From: Myxococcota bacterium
GTDB lineage: Bacteria; Myxococcota_A; UBA796; CAJQPC01
DNA length: 64,000 nucleotides
Direction: 5' to 3'
Assembly (NCBI GenBank): GCA_036229005.1
Contig: JAZAMN010000024.1
Location: forward strand, 32,001 to 96,000
How positions within the stretch are numbered: the stretch's first letter is position 1; each line of letters starts with the position of its first letter. The notes beneath the pieces were generated by a model. It made no database searches. It was not told where the DNA came from and was given only the letters and a program-made list of their open reading frames with translations. A program made the position numbers and the translations under genes. Shown piece by piece: positions 19,284 to 29,957 of the stretch.

Positions 19284-21052
19284 GACGAAGCTCCGTGGTT
19301 GGTGGCCGCGACGATCGCGGGATCCACCTTGTACCCGTCCAGGAACTTCTTGCGGTCGGCCTTCATCTGGGCGACCCAGGCGCTGTAGATGTCCTGCTTT
19401 CCGGTCTCGGCGTAGTGGTGCCGCGGGGAGAGGATGGCCTTGGGCACGCGCTCGAGCAGGGCGGCGTTGTCGGGGTGCTCGACGTCGACCACCAGGTACC
19501 CAAAGTCGGGGTCGCGGGTCCAGACGATCTGGTCCTTCAAGAGGGCTTCGAGCATGGCGCTGGAGTGGCGGATCTTGACCTTGAAGCCGACCCCTTCCTT
19601 GACCGACTTGCCGTCACCGCCGACGAAGCCGGTGTTCATCATCCACAGGTCCACGCCGGGCATGGTGGCGGCCAGCTCGGAGAAGCGCACGGCCTGGTCG
19701 CCGTGGGCGCCGGGGAAGAAGGGCTGGGTGAAGGGGCTGCGGGTCTTGCCGCGCTCCTTGCCGGCGGCGGAGGTCTTGGTGGTCTCGCCGAGCATGAAGA
19801 AGCCGGCGGCCTGCTTGGGGTCGTCGAACTTGACGATGCCGGGGGTGCAGGCGTCCACGCCCTCGTCGCGGTTGAGGATGCCCATGGACTGCACGGTGTC
19901 GATGGCGTTCAGGTCGGCGGCGTCTTCGACCGAGCTCATGGGGATGATGCTGCGGCCGTTGGCGGTCCAGACCACGAAGTCCCAGCCGTCGGCGGGCACG
20001 CCGTTCTCATCCAGGACCTGGTCCGCGGGGACCTGGCCGGAGATGTACTTGTCCAGGTTGTCCTGGGGGGCGCCGGTGGCCAGGAGCACGTCGCGCAGGC
20101 GCTCGGCCTCCTGGGGACTCAGCACGGTCTTCACGAAGTCGAAGTTGCCGTCGGCGTCGGTGTAGACGTTCTCGGTCCAGGCGCTGGGGTGCACGGTGCC
20201 GCGGTAGATGACGGGCTCGGTGGCCTCGCTCAGGCCCCAGGTCTTGGCGAAGCAGCCGTTCTCGGTGACCGACATCTCGCCGGCGGGCCAGAGGGCGACC
20301 ATGTCGTCCTGGATGGGCTGGGTGACCTCGCCCTGCTTGGAGAAGGTGGTGGTGGTCTTGCCGGTGCCGGACAGGCCCATGATGGTCATGGAGATGTGCT
20401 CGCCGTCGGGAAGGGTGACGGCCTTGGCGCCGGCGTGGAGCACCAGCCCGCCGCGCTCGAACACGTAGTGGTTCAGCATGCGCAGGGCGGCCTTCTTGGA
20501 CTCGCCGAAGTAGTCCGGGCCCATGATGTACGTGGTGTAGCTGGCCAGATCGACCAGGATGCGCTGCCCGCCGGGCACGTCGGGGAAGAAGTCCGGCGTG
20601 TAGACGATGCGGAAGGTGGGCTTGAAGCTGTCCACGCTGGCCGCGGCGTCCGCGCCCTCGACCTGCTCGCGGGGGAAGGCCAGGATGGACTGCATGCCGC
20701 AGATGTTCGCGCCCTCGACCGTGTAGAGCCACTGCACCGGGACCGCGCGGGGCCCCACGCCCACGTAGGCCTGCAGCTCCAGCAGCTCGCCCTTGTCCAG
20801 GATGTACTGCTCCTGGGCGTCGATCAGGGCCTGGGCCTCGGCCGGCGCGATGACCTTGTGGGAGTAGCGCGCGGCGTTGGCCGGGTCGTCGATGATGAAG
20901 GTGAACGCGGCCTTGCGCGCCTTGTTCCGGGCCACCTTGACCAGGTTCCCGCAGGCCGTCTCGCTCACCGCGGGGGTGTGCTCCAGGGTCAGCGCGCGGA
21001 GAGCGTCCTGGCTCAGGTTGGTGCGGTAGGTGACCGGGTAGGGATGCAGCAC
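19280..21052 (-). CDS. pckA: Phosphoenolpyruvate carboxykinase (ATP), divergent
   Basis: YFGESKK, LHAGAK, GLSGTGKTTT, IQDD and ENGCFAKT motifs. Confidence 0.85.
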   Translation of the reverse strand: MLHPYPVTYRTNLSQDALRALTLEHTPAVSETACGNLVKVARNKARKAAFTFIIDDPANAARYSHKVIAPAEAQALIDAQEQYILDKGELLELQAYVGVGPRAVPVQWLYTVEGANICGMQSILAFPREQVEGADAAASVDSFKPTFRIVYTPDFFPDVPGGQRILVDLASYTTYIMGPDYFGESKKAALRMLNHYVFERGGLVLHAGAKAVTLPDGEHISMTIMGLSGTGKTTTTFSKQGEVTQPIQDDMVALWPAGEMSVTENGCFAKTWGLSEATEPVIYRGTVHPSAWTENVYTDADGNFDFVKTVLSPQEAERLRDVLLATGAPQDNLDKYISGQVPADQVLDENGVPADGWDFVVWTANGRSIIPMSSVEDAADLNAIDTVQSMGILNRDEGVDACTPGIVKFDDPKQAAGFFMLGETTKTSAAGKERGKTRSPFTQPFFPGAHGDQAVRFSELAATMPGVDLWMMNTGFVGGDGKSVKEGVGFKVKIRHSSAMLEALLKDQIVWTRDPDFGYLVVDVEHPDNAALLERVPKAILSPRHHYAETGKQDIYSAWVAQMKADRKKFLDGYKVDPAIVAATNHGASS

Positions 21053-21116
21053 GACGACGCTCCGTTCTGTGCGTCTCCGTTAGGCCGCGGTCCGGGGGCG
21101 CCGCAACGGCTTTTTG

Positions 21117-21848
21117 TCAAGGTTCCAGCGCCAGAGCACAGTCTGGGGGAATGGGCCGCGCCTGGAGCTCCGCGAGGGTGGGGATCCCCGCTTTGAACAC
21201 CCCGATCTCGCAGGGCAGCTTGAGGGCCTGGAGGGGGACGGGGCTTGCGGATGGTGCGCGCGCCACGACCACACCACCAAAGGCCAGAAGGTCCGCCTGC
21301 GCTTCGCTCACCTGATCGACATCCACGGTGACGGCGAGGTGCTGCTTTGGCGAACCGACCGGCAGGTGGATCGTGCCCACCTGGCCGGGCACCGAGTAGA
21401 TGGGCGTGCGCCGGATCCCGGGGATCCGGGGGGGCTCGGAGAGGTCCTCGCGCAGGACCAGCACGCCGGGCGCCACCACCATCGCGAGCCCCTGCGCGTC
21501 CGAGAGCGCCACGCCCTGGGCGTCCGCGGCCACGCGCCAGTCGCCCTGGGGCTCGGCGGGCAGGGCGCTCCAGGCGAGCAGGGGCCGCACCGGCAGGGGC
21601 AGGGTGTCCAGGGCCCCGTTGTGGGAGCTGAACGCGTCCCCCTGGCGCAAGCGCGCCGTCACGCTGCCGGTGTCCTCGTCGATGGAGAGATCCCAGGCCA
21701 GGTCTGGACTCCAGATGGCCCGCTCGGCGGTGGGGTCCTGATGTAGCCACACCCGACCGCTCCTCTCCCCCTGCAGCTCCACCCGGTAGGTGGCGGTCAC
21801 AGGGCCGGAGAGGTCGGGCGCATTGCAGGCCAGGAGCAGGAGCCACAT
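21117..21848 (-). CDS. Hypothetical lipoprotein
   Basis: [15 protein letters not shown]6-ATG. Confidence 0.55.
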   Translation of the reverse strand: MWLLLLACNAPDLSGPVTATYRVELQGERSGRVWLHQDPTAERAIWSPDLAWDLSIDEDTGSVTARLRQGDAFSSHNGALDTLPLPVRPLLAWSALPAEPQGDWRVAADAQGVALSDAQGLAMVVAPGVLVLREDLSEPPRIPGIRRTPIYSVPGQVGTIHLPVGSPKQHLAVTVDVDQVSEAQADLLAFGGVVVARAPSASPVPLQALKLPCEIGVFKAGIPTLAELQARPIPPDCALALEP

Positions 21849-21896
21849 GGGCGCAGCCTATCCCGGGTTAGCCTGCGCCCCCGCTTTGGAGATTCC

Positions 21897-23096
21897 GTGC
21901 AGCAGGCAGTGATCGTCGACGCCGTCCGTACCCCCATCGGCCGCTTCCAGGGGGGCCTGGCGGGTGTCCGGGCCGATGACCTGGGCGCCCTGGCCATCGC
22001 CAAGGTGGTGGAGCGCACCGGGCTGGACCCGGCGCTGGTGGACGACGTGTTCTTTGGCTGCGCCAACCAGGCGGGCGAGGACAACCGCAACGTGGCCCGC
22101 ATGTCCCTGCTGCTGGCGGGGCTTCCCCAGTCGGTGCCGGGCGTGACCGTGAACCGGCTCTGCGCGAGCGGACTGGAGGCCGTGAACCAGGCGGCGCGGG
22201 CGGTGCAGTGCGGGGACGGGGGGCTCTACATCGCCGGTGGCGTCGAGAACATGAGCCGCGCGCCCTACGTGTTCCCGCGGGGCCCGGTGGCGCCCAAGGC
22301 GGGGAACATCACGGGCTACGACACCTCGCTGGGGTGGCGCTTCCCGAATCCCAGGATGGAGGCGATGTTCGCGCTGGAGGCCATGGGCTGCACGGCGGAG
22401 AACCTGGTCGACGACCTGGGCATCAGCCGGGCGGACCAGGACGCCTTCTCCCTGGAGAGCCACAACAAGGCCATCGCCGCGCAGGATGCGGGGTGGTTCC
22501 AGCAGGAGCTGTTCGCGGTGGAGATCCCGCAGCGGCGCGGGGATCCGGTGGTGGTCACGGCGGACGAGGGGCCCCGGCGCGGCACCAGCCTGGAGAAGCT
22601 GGGCAAGCTGCGGGCGGCCTTCCGCAAGGGTGGGAGCGTGACGGCGGGCAACTCCAGTACCCTGAACGACGGGTCCTGCGCGGTGGTCATCGCGTCGGCG
22701 GACAAGGCCCGGGAGCTGGGGCTCAAGGCGCGCTTCCGGATTGTGGCCAAGGCGGCCGCGGGGGTGGATCCGACCCGCATGGGCATCGGCCCGGTGCCGG
22801 CCACCCGCAAGGCCCTGGCGCTGGCCGGGTGGAGCCTGGACGACGTGGATGCGATCGAGCTGAATGAGGCGTTCGCGGCCCAGTCTCTGGCGGTGATGCG
22901 CACCCTGGGCATGGACCCGGCCAAGGTCAACCAGCACGGCGGCGCGATCTCGCTGGGGCACCCCCTGGGCTGCTCTGGGGCGCGTATCCTGACCACCCTG
23001 ATGGGCGTGCTCGACCGCACCGGCGGGGACCGGGGGCTGGCGACCCTGTGCGTGGGCGTGGGTCAGGGCGTCGCCACCCTGATCGAGCGGGTCTGA
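21897..23096 (+). CDS. Acetyl-CoA C-acyltransferase (PcaF/PaaJ-like thiolase)
   Basis: [31 protein letters not shown] and LCVGVGQG motifs. Confidence 0.93.
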   Translation: MQQAVIVDAVRTPIGRFQGGLAGVRADDLGALAIAKVVERTGLDPALVDDVFFGCANQAGEDNRNVARMSLLLAGLPQSVPGVTVNRLCASGLEAVNQAARAVQCGDGGLYIAGGVENMSRAPYVFPRGPVAPKAGNITGYDTSLGWRFPNPRMEAMFALEAMGCTAENLVDDLGISRADQDAFSLESHNKAIAAQDAGWFQQELFAVEIPQRRGDPVVVTADEGPRRGTSLEKLGKLRAAFRKGGSVTAGNSSTLNDGSCAVVIASADKARELGLKARFRIVAKAAAGVDPTRMGIGPVPATRKALALAGWSLDDVDAIELNEAFAAQSLAVMRTLGMDPAKVNQHGGAISLGHPLGCSGARILTTLMGVLDRTGGDRGLATLCVGVGQGVATLIERV

Positions 23097-24268
23097 TGCT
23101 GCGCGCTGGCCAGAGCCTGGGGCGCTACGAGCTGCTCCAGCAGCTTGGGATGGGGGCCTCTGCCGAGGTCTGGCGGGCGCGACACAGCGCTCTGGGCACG
23201 CTGCACGCCCTCAAGGTGCTGCACAACAAGCACCCCAAGATCCGCCAGCGCATGTTGACCGAGGCCCGGGTGCAGGCCAGCCTCAAGCACCCGGCGGTGG
23301 TCCCGGTGCAGGACGTCTTTGACGAGCAGGGCCGGCTGGTGCTGGTCATGGAGCTGGTCGACGGCCCCAACCTGCTGGAGCTGGTGCAGGCCGGGCCGGT
23401 GCCGCTGGACAAGGCGGAGCGCATCTTCCGGGAGCTGCTGGAGGCGGTGGGCCACGCGCACCGACAGGGGGTGATCCACCGGGACCTCAAGCCCGAGAAC
23501 ATCCTGCTCAGCGGGCCCGAGCAGCGGGTGCGGGTGACGGACTTCGGGCTGGCGCGGGTGCTGCATGACGACGGCCCCCGGGCGACCCGCATGGGCGTGG
23601 CGATGGGGACCCCCGGGTACATGGCGCCGGAGATGGTGGCGGACGCGCTGTCCTCGGACGTTCAGGCCGACGTGTTCTCGCTGGGCTGCATCCTGTTCGT
23701 GCTCTGCACCGGGCGCGTGGCCTTCTCGGGCGAGAACCTGCACGTCACCCTGCAGCGCACGGTCAAGGGGCAGCACAACCCCCTGCCGGAGACGCTGCCG
23801 CAGCACCTGCGGGCGACCATCGAGGGCTGCCTGATCCCCGACCGGGCCAAGCGCATCCCGGACTGCGTCACTCTGGAGGAGGTGCTGGATCAGCGCCGCG
23901 GCTGGGGCCCCGATGGGGAGCGCTGGACCCGCCCGCCGGGCTGGCAGACCATGCTCCTGGACCCCGACGACAGCGAGGAGCTGACCCTGGATCCCCTGGG
24001 ACCTGGGCCCACCCTCGCGCCGGACGACGCCGCACTCCAGGCCGCACAGGAGGCCTTCCTGTCCAGCGAGGACCTGCTGTCTGAGGAGACACCCCTCCCC
24101 GAGCCTGAGCCCCAGCCTGAACCCCAGCAGGAATCGCTGCTGGAGGCCAGGCCGGGGCCCGAGGGTGGCTTCCGCGGCAAGGCCGTGCCCTGGCTGCTCG
24201 CGGGGGTCGCGGTGCTGGGGCTGGCCCTGCTGGGAGGCCTGGGGCTGGTGTTCTGGCTGCTGAGCTGA
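23096..24268 (+). CDS. Membrane-anchored Ser/Thr protein kinase
   Basis: HRDLKPEN, DFGLA and GTPGYMAPE motifs; C-terminal TM helix; TGATG coupling to the thiolase. Confidence 0.9.
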   Translation: MLRAGQSLGRYELLQQLGMGASAEVWRARHSALGTLHALKVLHNKHPKIRQRMLTEARVQASLKHPAVVPVQDVFDEQGRLVLVMELVDGPNLLELVQAGPVPLDKAERIFRELLEAVGHAHRQGVIHRDLKPENILLSGPEQRVRVTDFGLARVLHDDGPRATRMGVAMGTPGYMAPEMVADALSSDVQADVFSLGCILFVLCTGRVAFSGENLHVTLQRTVKGQHNPLPETLPQHLRATIEGCLIPDRAKRIPDCVTLEEVLDQRRGWGPDGERWTRPPGWQTMLLDPDDSEELTLDPLGPGPTLAPDDAALQAAQEAFLSSEDLLSEETPLPEPEPQPEPQQESLLEARPGPEGGFRGKAVPWLLAGVAVLGLALLGGLGLVFWLLS

Positions 24269-24272
24269 GGCC

Positions 24273-24857
24273 TCAGCCCGGGAGCCAGCCCACGGAGCCG
24301 GTCCAGGTGCTGTCCGGGATGGAGAGGGACGCGCCGTCAGCGTCGGTGACCACCACGCCGGTCAGCGTCACGGTGGCCTCGCCGGGGTACTCCGGTCCTG
24401 AGCTGGTGCCGTCGGACACGACGGTGAACTCCAGGGTGCCGGACGTTGCAGTCCAGGTGTGCGTGATCTCCTCGGTCTCCTCGATCACGTCATCGCAGGG
24501 GTAGAGGTGCAGGTCGACGCCCTGGTGGAGCTGCACCTGACCGGTGCTCTCGGTGGCCAGGTTCACGCTCAGGGTGGCGGTCTTGTCCGAGGCGTTGAAG
24601 GCGGTCTCGGTGAGCCCCTCGCTGGTGGTCGAGGCCTCCAGGAGCAGGCTGCCGTCGCTGGCGTAGCGGCTCATGTACAGGTCGGAGCAGCCGATCTCGC
24701 GGTCCAGGCTGCTGAGATCGACGGCCGCTGGGGTCCCGGTGTCGACCGTGGAGTCCGCGGTATCGCCGGTGTCATCCTTCTCGTAGCAGGCGACTGCGCT
24801 CAGCAGCAGCAGGGGGGTCAGGAGCTTGGGGAGTGTCGTCTTGGAAAGGGTCATCAT
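24273..24857 (-). CDS. Hypothetical lipoprotein
   Basis: Signal peptide ending VAC; DTG-rich linker; AGGAGG RBS. Confidence 0.65.
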   Translation of the reverse strand: MMTLSKTTLPKLLTPLLLLSAVACYEKDDTGDTADSTVDTGTPAAVDLSSLDREIGCSDLYMSRYASDGSLLLEASTTSEGLTETAFNASDKTATLSVNLATESTGQVQLHQGVDLHLYPCDDVIEETEEITHTWTATSGTLEFTVVSDGTSSGPEYPGEATVTLTGVVVTDADGASLSIPDSTWTGSVGWLPG

Positions 24858-24959
24858 GTCCTCCTGATCCCAACTTGACCCCGGAGAGCGGGGGTGGCAA
24901 CAGCGGTATCGCTCAAATTGGGTAGCGGAAAAGGGTATTGAAGAGCAAAAATGGGGTAG

Positions 24960-25541
24960 TCATTCCGTGAGCCAGCTCCCGGCCGACATCAGCTCGAGCT
25001 CGCCCTGGGTGCGGAGGGTCCAGGCCAGGGTCCCCTGGTCGGCGAGGTCCCCGTGGAGGGTGAGCTGCAGCTCGGTGGCGTCGGCTGGGAGGGTGCCGGG
25101 GTCCAGCGCGCCGTCGACGCTGTCCAGGGAGAGCAGCAGGGCGGTGGAGCGCAGGGGGAGCCAGGTGTCGACGGCGAGCAGGGGCGCGGCGTCGAGCTGG
25201 ACGTGGGTGTCCACCGCGAGCCACTGGTCGGTCCCGCAGCCGTCCTCCTCGGCGATGAGCAGGATCTGACCGGAGTCGGCGTCCAATCGGATGTCCAGCG
25301 GTGCGCTGCCCTGCCACGCACTCTCCAGCAACCCCTCTCCCTGAAAGCGGATGCGGGCGCGGAGCTCCGCGGGGGTGGGGCCGTCGGCGGTCAGGGGCTG
25401 ATCGCTGTCCCAGACGGTGGTGATGAGCGCGCAGGTCTCGTCGCCCTCTTCGCCGATCTGGGTGCCCTGCCACTGGGGCGGGGAGGCGAGGAGGCCCGAG
25501 TCGCTGGGAGCGCCGGTGCAAGCCAGGATGAAGAGCAGCAT
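24960..25541 (-). CDS. Hypothetical lipoprotein
   Basis: MLLFILAC at ATG 25541. Confidence 0.55.
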   Translation of the reverse strand: MLLFILACTGAPSDSGLLASPPQWQGTQIGEEGDETCALITTVWDSDQPLTADGPTPAELRARIRFQGEGLLESAWQGSAPLDIRLDADSGQILLIAEEDGCGTDQWLAVDTHVQLDAAPLLAVDTWLPLRSTALLLSLDSVDGALDPGTLPADATELQLTLHGDLADQGTLAWTLRTQGELELMSAGSWLTE

Positions 25542-25635
25542 GGGGGGACCATGGCCGCCTGGGGGACACTCGGCAAGGGCGGGGGCGCACAAAGGCTGCG
25601 CAATACTGTCCAGGCTGTGTGCAAGTTCGGGGTAG

Positions 25636-26622
25636 ATGGAAGAGACCCTGGACATGGAGGCTGTGGCCTCGCTGACCCTGAGGGCGCTGCGCGGGCGGCG
25701 TAGTCAGGTGGCGTTCTCCCGGCGCCTCAAGTACCGCTCCAACGTCGCGGCGGACTGGGAGCAGGGTCGGCGCTACCCGACGGCGGCGGAGTTCCTGCGG
25801 GCCGCCGAGGTGGTGGGGGTGGAGCTGAACGGGGCCTTCACGCGCTTCCACGCGCCCTCGGCCTCGGCGCTGGGGGACGGAGACGACGCGGGGGTGGCGC
25901 GCTGGCTGGAGACGCTCCGAGGGCAGAGCAGCCTGCAGGAGCTGGCGGCGCGCAGCGGGCTGTCCCGGCACGCCTTGGGGCGCTGGCTCTCCGGCAAGAC
26001 CCGGCCGCGGCTCCCGGACTTCCTGCGCCTGGTGGACGCGCTGACCGGGCGGGTGGAGGACCTGGTCGGGGCCCTGGTGGACATCCGGCAGGTGCCGCCT
26101 CTGGCGGAGCGGGTGGCGCGGGCGGAGGCCTCCAGGCAGGTGGGGCTGGAGCAGCCGTGGGCGCTGCCGGTGCTTCTGGCGCTGGAGACCCGCGGATACC
26201 AGGCCCTGGAGGCGCACGACAGCGGCTGGCTCGCGCGGATGCTGGATCTGCCGCAGCGGCGGGTGGACGGCTGCCTCTCGCGGCTTGAGGCGGCGGGGGT
26301 GATCCGGCGACAGGGGGCGCACTATGTTCCAGGGTTGCCGCTGACGATCGACACCCGGGCCTACCCCGAAGCGGGTCGTGCACTGAAGCGCCACTGGGCG
26401 ATCGTGGGGACCGAGCGGATCGCGGCGCCCAGAGAGGGGGACATCCTGGGCTACAACCTCTTCGCGTTGTCTCGGGAGGACCTGGACAAGGTGCGGGAGT
26501 TGCAGCGGGGATTCTTCCGGGAGGTCCGGCGGATCGTGGCGGCATCCGATCCCAGTGAGGTGGTGGCGCTGCTGAACCTTCATCTGCTTTCTTGGGACGC
26601 AGAAGTGGCGAAAATGGAATAG
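25636..26622 (+). CDS. Double XRE-HTH regulator with DUF4423-like C-terminal domain
   Basis: LRGRRSQVAFSRRL...WEQGRR; second HTH LQELAARSGLSRHALGRWLSGKTRP. Confidence 0.7.
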   Translation: MEETLDMEAVASLTLRALRGRRSQVAFSRRLKYRSNVAADWEQGRRYPTAAEFLRAAEVVGVELNGAFTRFHAPSASALGDGDDAGVARWLETLRGQSSLQELAARSGLSRHALGRWLSGKTRPRLPDFLRLVDALTGRVEDLVGALVDIRQVPPLAERVARAEASRQVGLEQPWALPVLLALETRGYQALEAHDSGWLARMLDLPQRRVDGCLSRLEAAGVIRRQGAHYVPGLPLTIDTRAYPEAGRALKRHWAIVGTERIAAPREGDILGYNLFALSREDLDKVRELQRGFFREVRRIVAASDPSEVVALLNLHLLSWDAEVAKME

Positions 26623-26631
26623 CGAAACCGA

Positions 26632-26659
26632 TTGCAGGACAAAAATGTCCTGTTAAGGT
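26632..26659 (+). promoter_or_regulatory. Sigma70 promoter with overlapping palindromic operator
   Basis: TTGCAG-N16-TAAGGT (extended TG) enclosing CAGGACA-AAAA-TGTCCTG; GAGGAG RBS before ATG 26684. Confidence 0.6.
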
Positions 26660-26683
26660 GGTCGCACGACAACGAGGAGCCCG

Positions 26684-28639
26684 ATGCCCGCACCGCATCC
26701 CCTGTACACCCCCTGCATGCACGCTCTTGGTCTGCGGGGAGAGGTCCGCGCGCCCGGGCTCGACCCCGAGCTGGACAGCCAGCTCAAGGACGCTGGTGTG
26801 CGGGTGGAGCGCTTGGATGGGCCGCTGATCCCGTTGCTCCGGACGGCGAGACCGGGCGCTCCGCTGCTGCTGCGCTGGGCCGACGGTCGCGAGGCTCTGG
26901 CCCAGGCCTGGCTGCTGGGGCGGGTGCGGGTGGACACGGGCCACGGTGGGCACTGGCTGCCCAGCGCGTCCCTGGAGGCGGATCCGCCGGTGGTGTTCGG
27001 GCTGAGCCTGGAGTTCCCCGCGAGCCCCCTGTCTGGGCTGGAGCGCCCCAAGGACCGACTGCTGGCGCTGGGCGGGCTGGAGCGGCGGGAGCTCTGGGCG
27101 ATCCTGGGCTACGCCGCGCTCATGGGCATCCTGGGCCTGGGGACCCCCCTGGCCATCCAGGGCCTGATCGGCTGGCTCGCGCTGGGCGCCCCGGTGCAGC
27201 CGGTGTTGGCCATCGGCCTCGGGCTGGTCGCGCTTCTGGTGCTGTACACGGCGCTGGGGCTGGGGCAGCGTGTCCTGGCTGAGCGGCTGCAGCGCCGGAT
27301 CTTCGTGCGCATGGTGCAGGACCTCTCGGCGCGCCTGCCGCGGGTGCAGGTGGAGGCGCTCCAGGCGACCCACATGCCCGCCCTGGTCAACCGCTTCTTT
27401 GACGTGCTGACCCTGCAGAAGGCCAGCCACACCCTGCTGCTGGACGGGACCGCGGCGGTGCTGCAGGCCCTGGCCGGGCTCACCCTGCTGGCCTTCTACC
27501 ACCCCATGCTGATCGGCGTGACGCTGGTGCTGCTCCTGGGCGTGTGGTTCATCCGCCTGCTGGGCAGGGGCGCCGAGCGCACCGCAATCGCCGAGTCCAA
27601 GGCCAAGTACAAGGTCGCCGCCTGGATCGAGGAGCTGGGGCTGGACCCCACCCGGATGCAGCTCCAGGGCAGCTCCCTGGCGCAGGCCAAGGCCGACGCG
27701 CTCCTGGAGGAGTACCTGCTGGCGCGCCACCACCACTTCCGCATCTTCCTGCGGCAGTACCTGGGCATGCAGGCCCTGCAGATCCTCCTGTCGGTGGGCC
27801 TGCTGGTGACCAGCGGCTGGCTGGTGCTTCGCGGCGAGCTCACCCTGGGGCAGCTCGTGGCCGCGGAGTTCATCGTCGCGACCTCGCTCTCCGGCGTCGG
27901 CAAGCTCGTGGAGAAGCTGGAGCAGTGGTACGACACCCTGGCCGGCGTGGACAAGCTGGGCTCGCTGATCGACCTCCCCACTACAGCGCCCGCCTGCCCG
28001 GATCCCGTGCCCGGTCCCATGTCTCTGGAGGCCCAGGGGCTGATGGTGGGTGGTCAGCAGCTCCCGGTTCACCTCGCGGCTGGCGCCTGGCTGGCGATCC
28101 ACGGGGACGAGCGTGTGGACCTCCGTCGCATCGCCGAGGTGCTCGTTGGCATTCGCAAGGCGGACGCCGGACGCCTGATGGCGGACGGGCAGCCCCTGGT
28201 CGACGGGAGCCTGAGCGAGCAGGCCCTGATGCTGCGCGAGGGCGATCTGCTGGTCTGCAGCGTGCGGGAGAACCTGACCCTGGGCCACCAGTGCAAGGAG
28301 GTCGAGGCCTGGGGCGCGCTGCAGCGCCTGGGCCTGCGCGAGATCATCGCGGACCTCCCCGGCGGCCTGGATTCCGAGCTTCGCGGAGGGGGCTCCCCCC
28401 TCTCCAAGACCCAGGCCGCGCTGCTGTTGGTCGCCCGCGCGTACCTGCTGCAGCCGCGCCTGCTGGTGATCGACGGCCTGCTGGATGGCCTGCCTGCCCG
28501 CATCCAGGTCCGCGCCCTGCGGGTGCTGCGGGAGCTGGACGCCAGCGTCATTCTCCTGAGCGCCGACCCCGAGCTGGTCCACAGCATCCCCGACAACCTC
28601 CGCCTCTACACCGAGGAGCCCCATGAACCTGCCCACTGA
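26684..28639 (+). CDS. Type I secretion-like ABC transporter, TMD plus degenerate NBD
   Basis: NRFFDVLTLQK, ELTLGQLVAAEFIV, SVRENL and LLVIDG motifs. Confidence 0.8.
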   Translation: MPAPHPLYTPCMHALGLRGEVRAPGLDPELDSQLKDAGVRVERLDGPLIPLLRTARPGAPLLLRWADGREALAQAWLLGRVRVDTGHGGHWLPSASLEADPPVVFGLSLEFPASPLSGLERPKDRLLALGGLERRELWAILGYAALMGILGLGTPLAIQGLIGWLALGAPVQPVLAIGLGLVALLVLYTALGLGQRVLAERLQRRIFVRMVQDLSARLPRVQVEALQATHMPALVNRFFDVLTLQKASHTLLLDGTAAVLQALAGLTLLAFYHPMLIGVTLVLLLGVWFIRLLGRGAERTAIAESKAKYKVAAWIEELGLDPTRMQLQGSSLAQAKADALLEEYLLARHHHFRIFLRQYLGMQALQILLSVGLLVTSGWLVLRGELTLGQLVAAEFIVATSLSGVGKLVEKLEQWYDTLAGVDKLGSLIDLPTTAPACPDPVPGPMSLEAQGLMVGGQQLPVHLAAGAWLAIHGDERVDLRRIAEVLVGIRKADAGRLMADGQPLVDGSLSEQALMLREGDLLVCSVRENLTLGHQCKEVEAWGALQRLGLREIIADLPGGLDSELRGGGSPLSKTQAALLLVARAYLLQPRLLVIDGLLDGLPARIQVRALRVLRELDASVILLSADPELVHSIPDNLRLYTEEPHEPAH

Positions 28640-29957
28640 GAGCCGCAGCGTTCGCCCTGTCGAGGAGCACGCGTCCGCCTCCGCGGAGCACCGCCCCTAC
28701 GTCCGCGAGGGCCTGCTCCGGCGTGACCTCACCCACACCCCGGCCATTCTGCGGTGGATGAGCGCCCTGGTGGTGGCGGTGGTCCCCGTGGTCGCGTTGT
28801 TCATGGGTCTGGTCCCCTGGCAGCAGTCCGCGACGGGCTCGGGCAGCCTGATCGCCTACTCGCCGCAGGAGCGCGTCCAGACCGTGGAGGCGCCCATCGA
28901 CGGGCGCGTGCTCACCTGGCACGTCAGCGAGGGCCAGGAGGTCCAGAAGGGCGAGCTGCTGGTCGAACTGGTGGACAACGACCCCAACAAGCTGGAGCGG
29001 CTCTCCCGCAAGCGCACCGCGCTGCTCAGCGAGCGCGCCGCCGCCGAGGCCGAGCTGGCCAGCAAGGAGCAGGCGCTGGCCGCCAAGCAGGCCTACCGCG
29101 AGCAGGTGCAGGCCGAGTACGGCGCGAAGATCGCCGAGCTCGAGCGCAAGCGGGTGGGCGAGGCCCTGACCCTGGAGACCAACGCCGTGAACACCCAGCG
29201 GGTGCGGGAGCTGGCCGACGCCGGCATCGAGAGCAAGCGGACCCTGGAGCTGGCTGAGCTGTCCGAGGGCAAGCAGGAGGCCCTGCTGGCCGCCCTGGAC
29301 CAGGAGATCTCCGCCATGAGCAAGGCGGCCCAGTCCGCGCTGGCCTCCGTCGACGCCGACATCGCCTCCGCCCGCGCCGACGTGGCGAACAGCCAGGCCA
29401 AGGTGGCCAGCGTCCAGGGCAAGGTCGAGGATCTGGACGGCGAGCTCGCCCGGCAGGCCTCCCAGTCCATCCTGGCGCCCCGCGATGGCCGGGTGCTCGC
29501 GCTGGAGGGTGCGCCCGTCGGCGGCCAGGTCAAGGTGGGCGACCCCCTGCTGGACCTGGTCCCCGAGACCGCCGGACAGGCCGTGGCGCTCTACCTGCAG
29601 GGCCAGGACATCCCCTGGGTCGAGGCCGGCGACGAGGTCCGCCTGGTGTTCGAGGGCATCCCCGCCCTCCAGTGGATCGGTCCCCCCGGCGAGGGCGTCG
29701 GCACCTACGAGGGCCGCATCGCCCTGATCGACGCCTCCCGCTCCATCGACGGCTTCCGCGTGGTCGTGGTCCCCACCGAGCAGGGGGCCTGGCCCGACCT
29801 GCCCCAGGGCGTGCGCGTCAGCGGCTTCGTGCTCCTGGGCGAGGTCCCCCTGGGCTGGGAGGTCTGGCGCCGCGTCAACGCCTTCCCGCCGGACCGCCCG
29901 GCCACGACCCAGACCAAGACGGAGACCCCCTCCAGCGCTGCGGGGATGGTGAAGTGA
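28623..29957 (+). CDS. HlyD-family periplasmic adaptor
   Basis: TM helix plus PWQQ..G.G...EAPIDGRV..W.V.EG..V.KG; coiled coil. Confidence 0.85.
   Translation: MNLPTESRSVRPVEEHASASAEHRPYVREGLLRRDLTHTPAILRWMSALVVAVVPVVALFMGLVPWQQSATGSGSLIAYSPQERVQTVEAPIDGRVLTWHVSEGQEVQKGELLVELVDNDPNKLERLSRKRTALLSERAAAEAELASKEQALAAKQAYREQVQAEYGAKIAELERKRVGEALTLETNAVNTQRVRELADAGIESKRTLELAELSEGKQEALLAALDQEISAMSKAAQSALASVDADIASARADVANSQAKVASVQGKVEDLDGELARQASQSILAPRDGRVLALEGAPVGGQVKVGDPLLDLVPETAGQAVALYLQGQDIPWVEAGDEVRLVFEGIPALQWIGPPGEGVGTYEGRIALIDASRSIDGFRVVVVPTEQGAWPDLPQGVRVSGFVLLGEVPLGWEVWRRVNAFPPDRPATTQTKTETPSSAAGMVK

Noticed and set aside
21095..21120. TTGACA -35 box upstream of pckA
   Set aside because: No plausible -10 hexamer at 16-18 bp spacing.
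16555..21196. Long alternative-frame and antisense ORFs (e.g. 16611-19250, 19271-21196; likewise 44740-47193, 54117-56789)
   Set aside because: Shadow ORFs expected from high-GC codon bias; they have no recognisable motifs and overlap well-supported genes.
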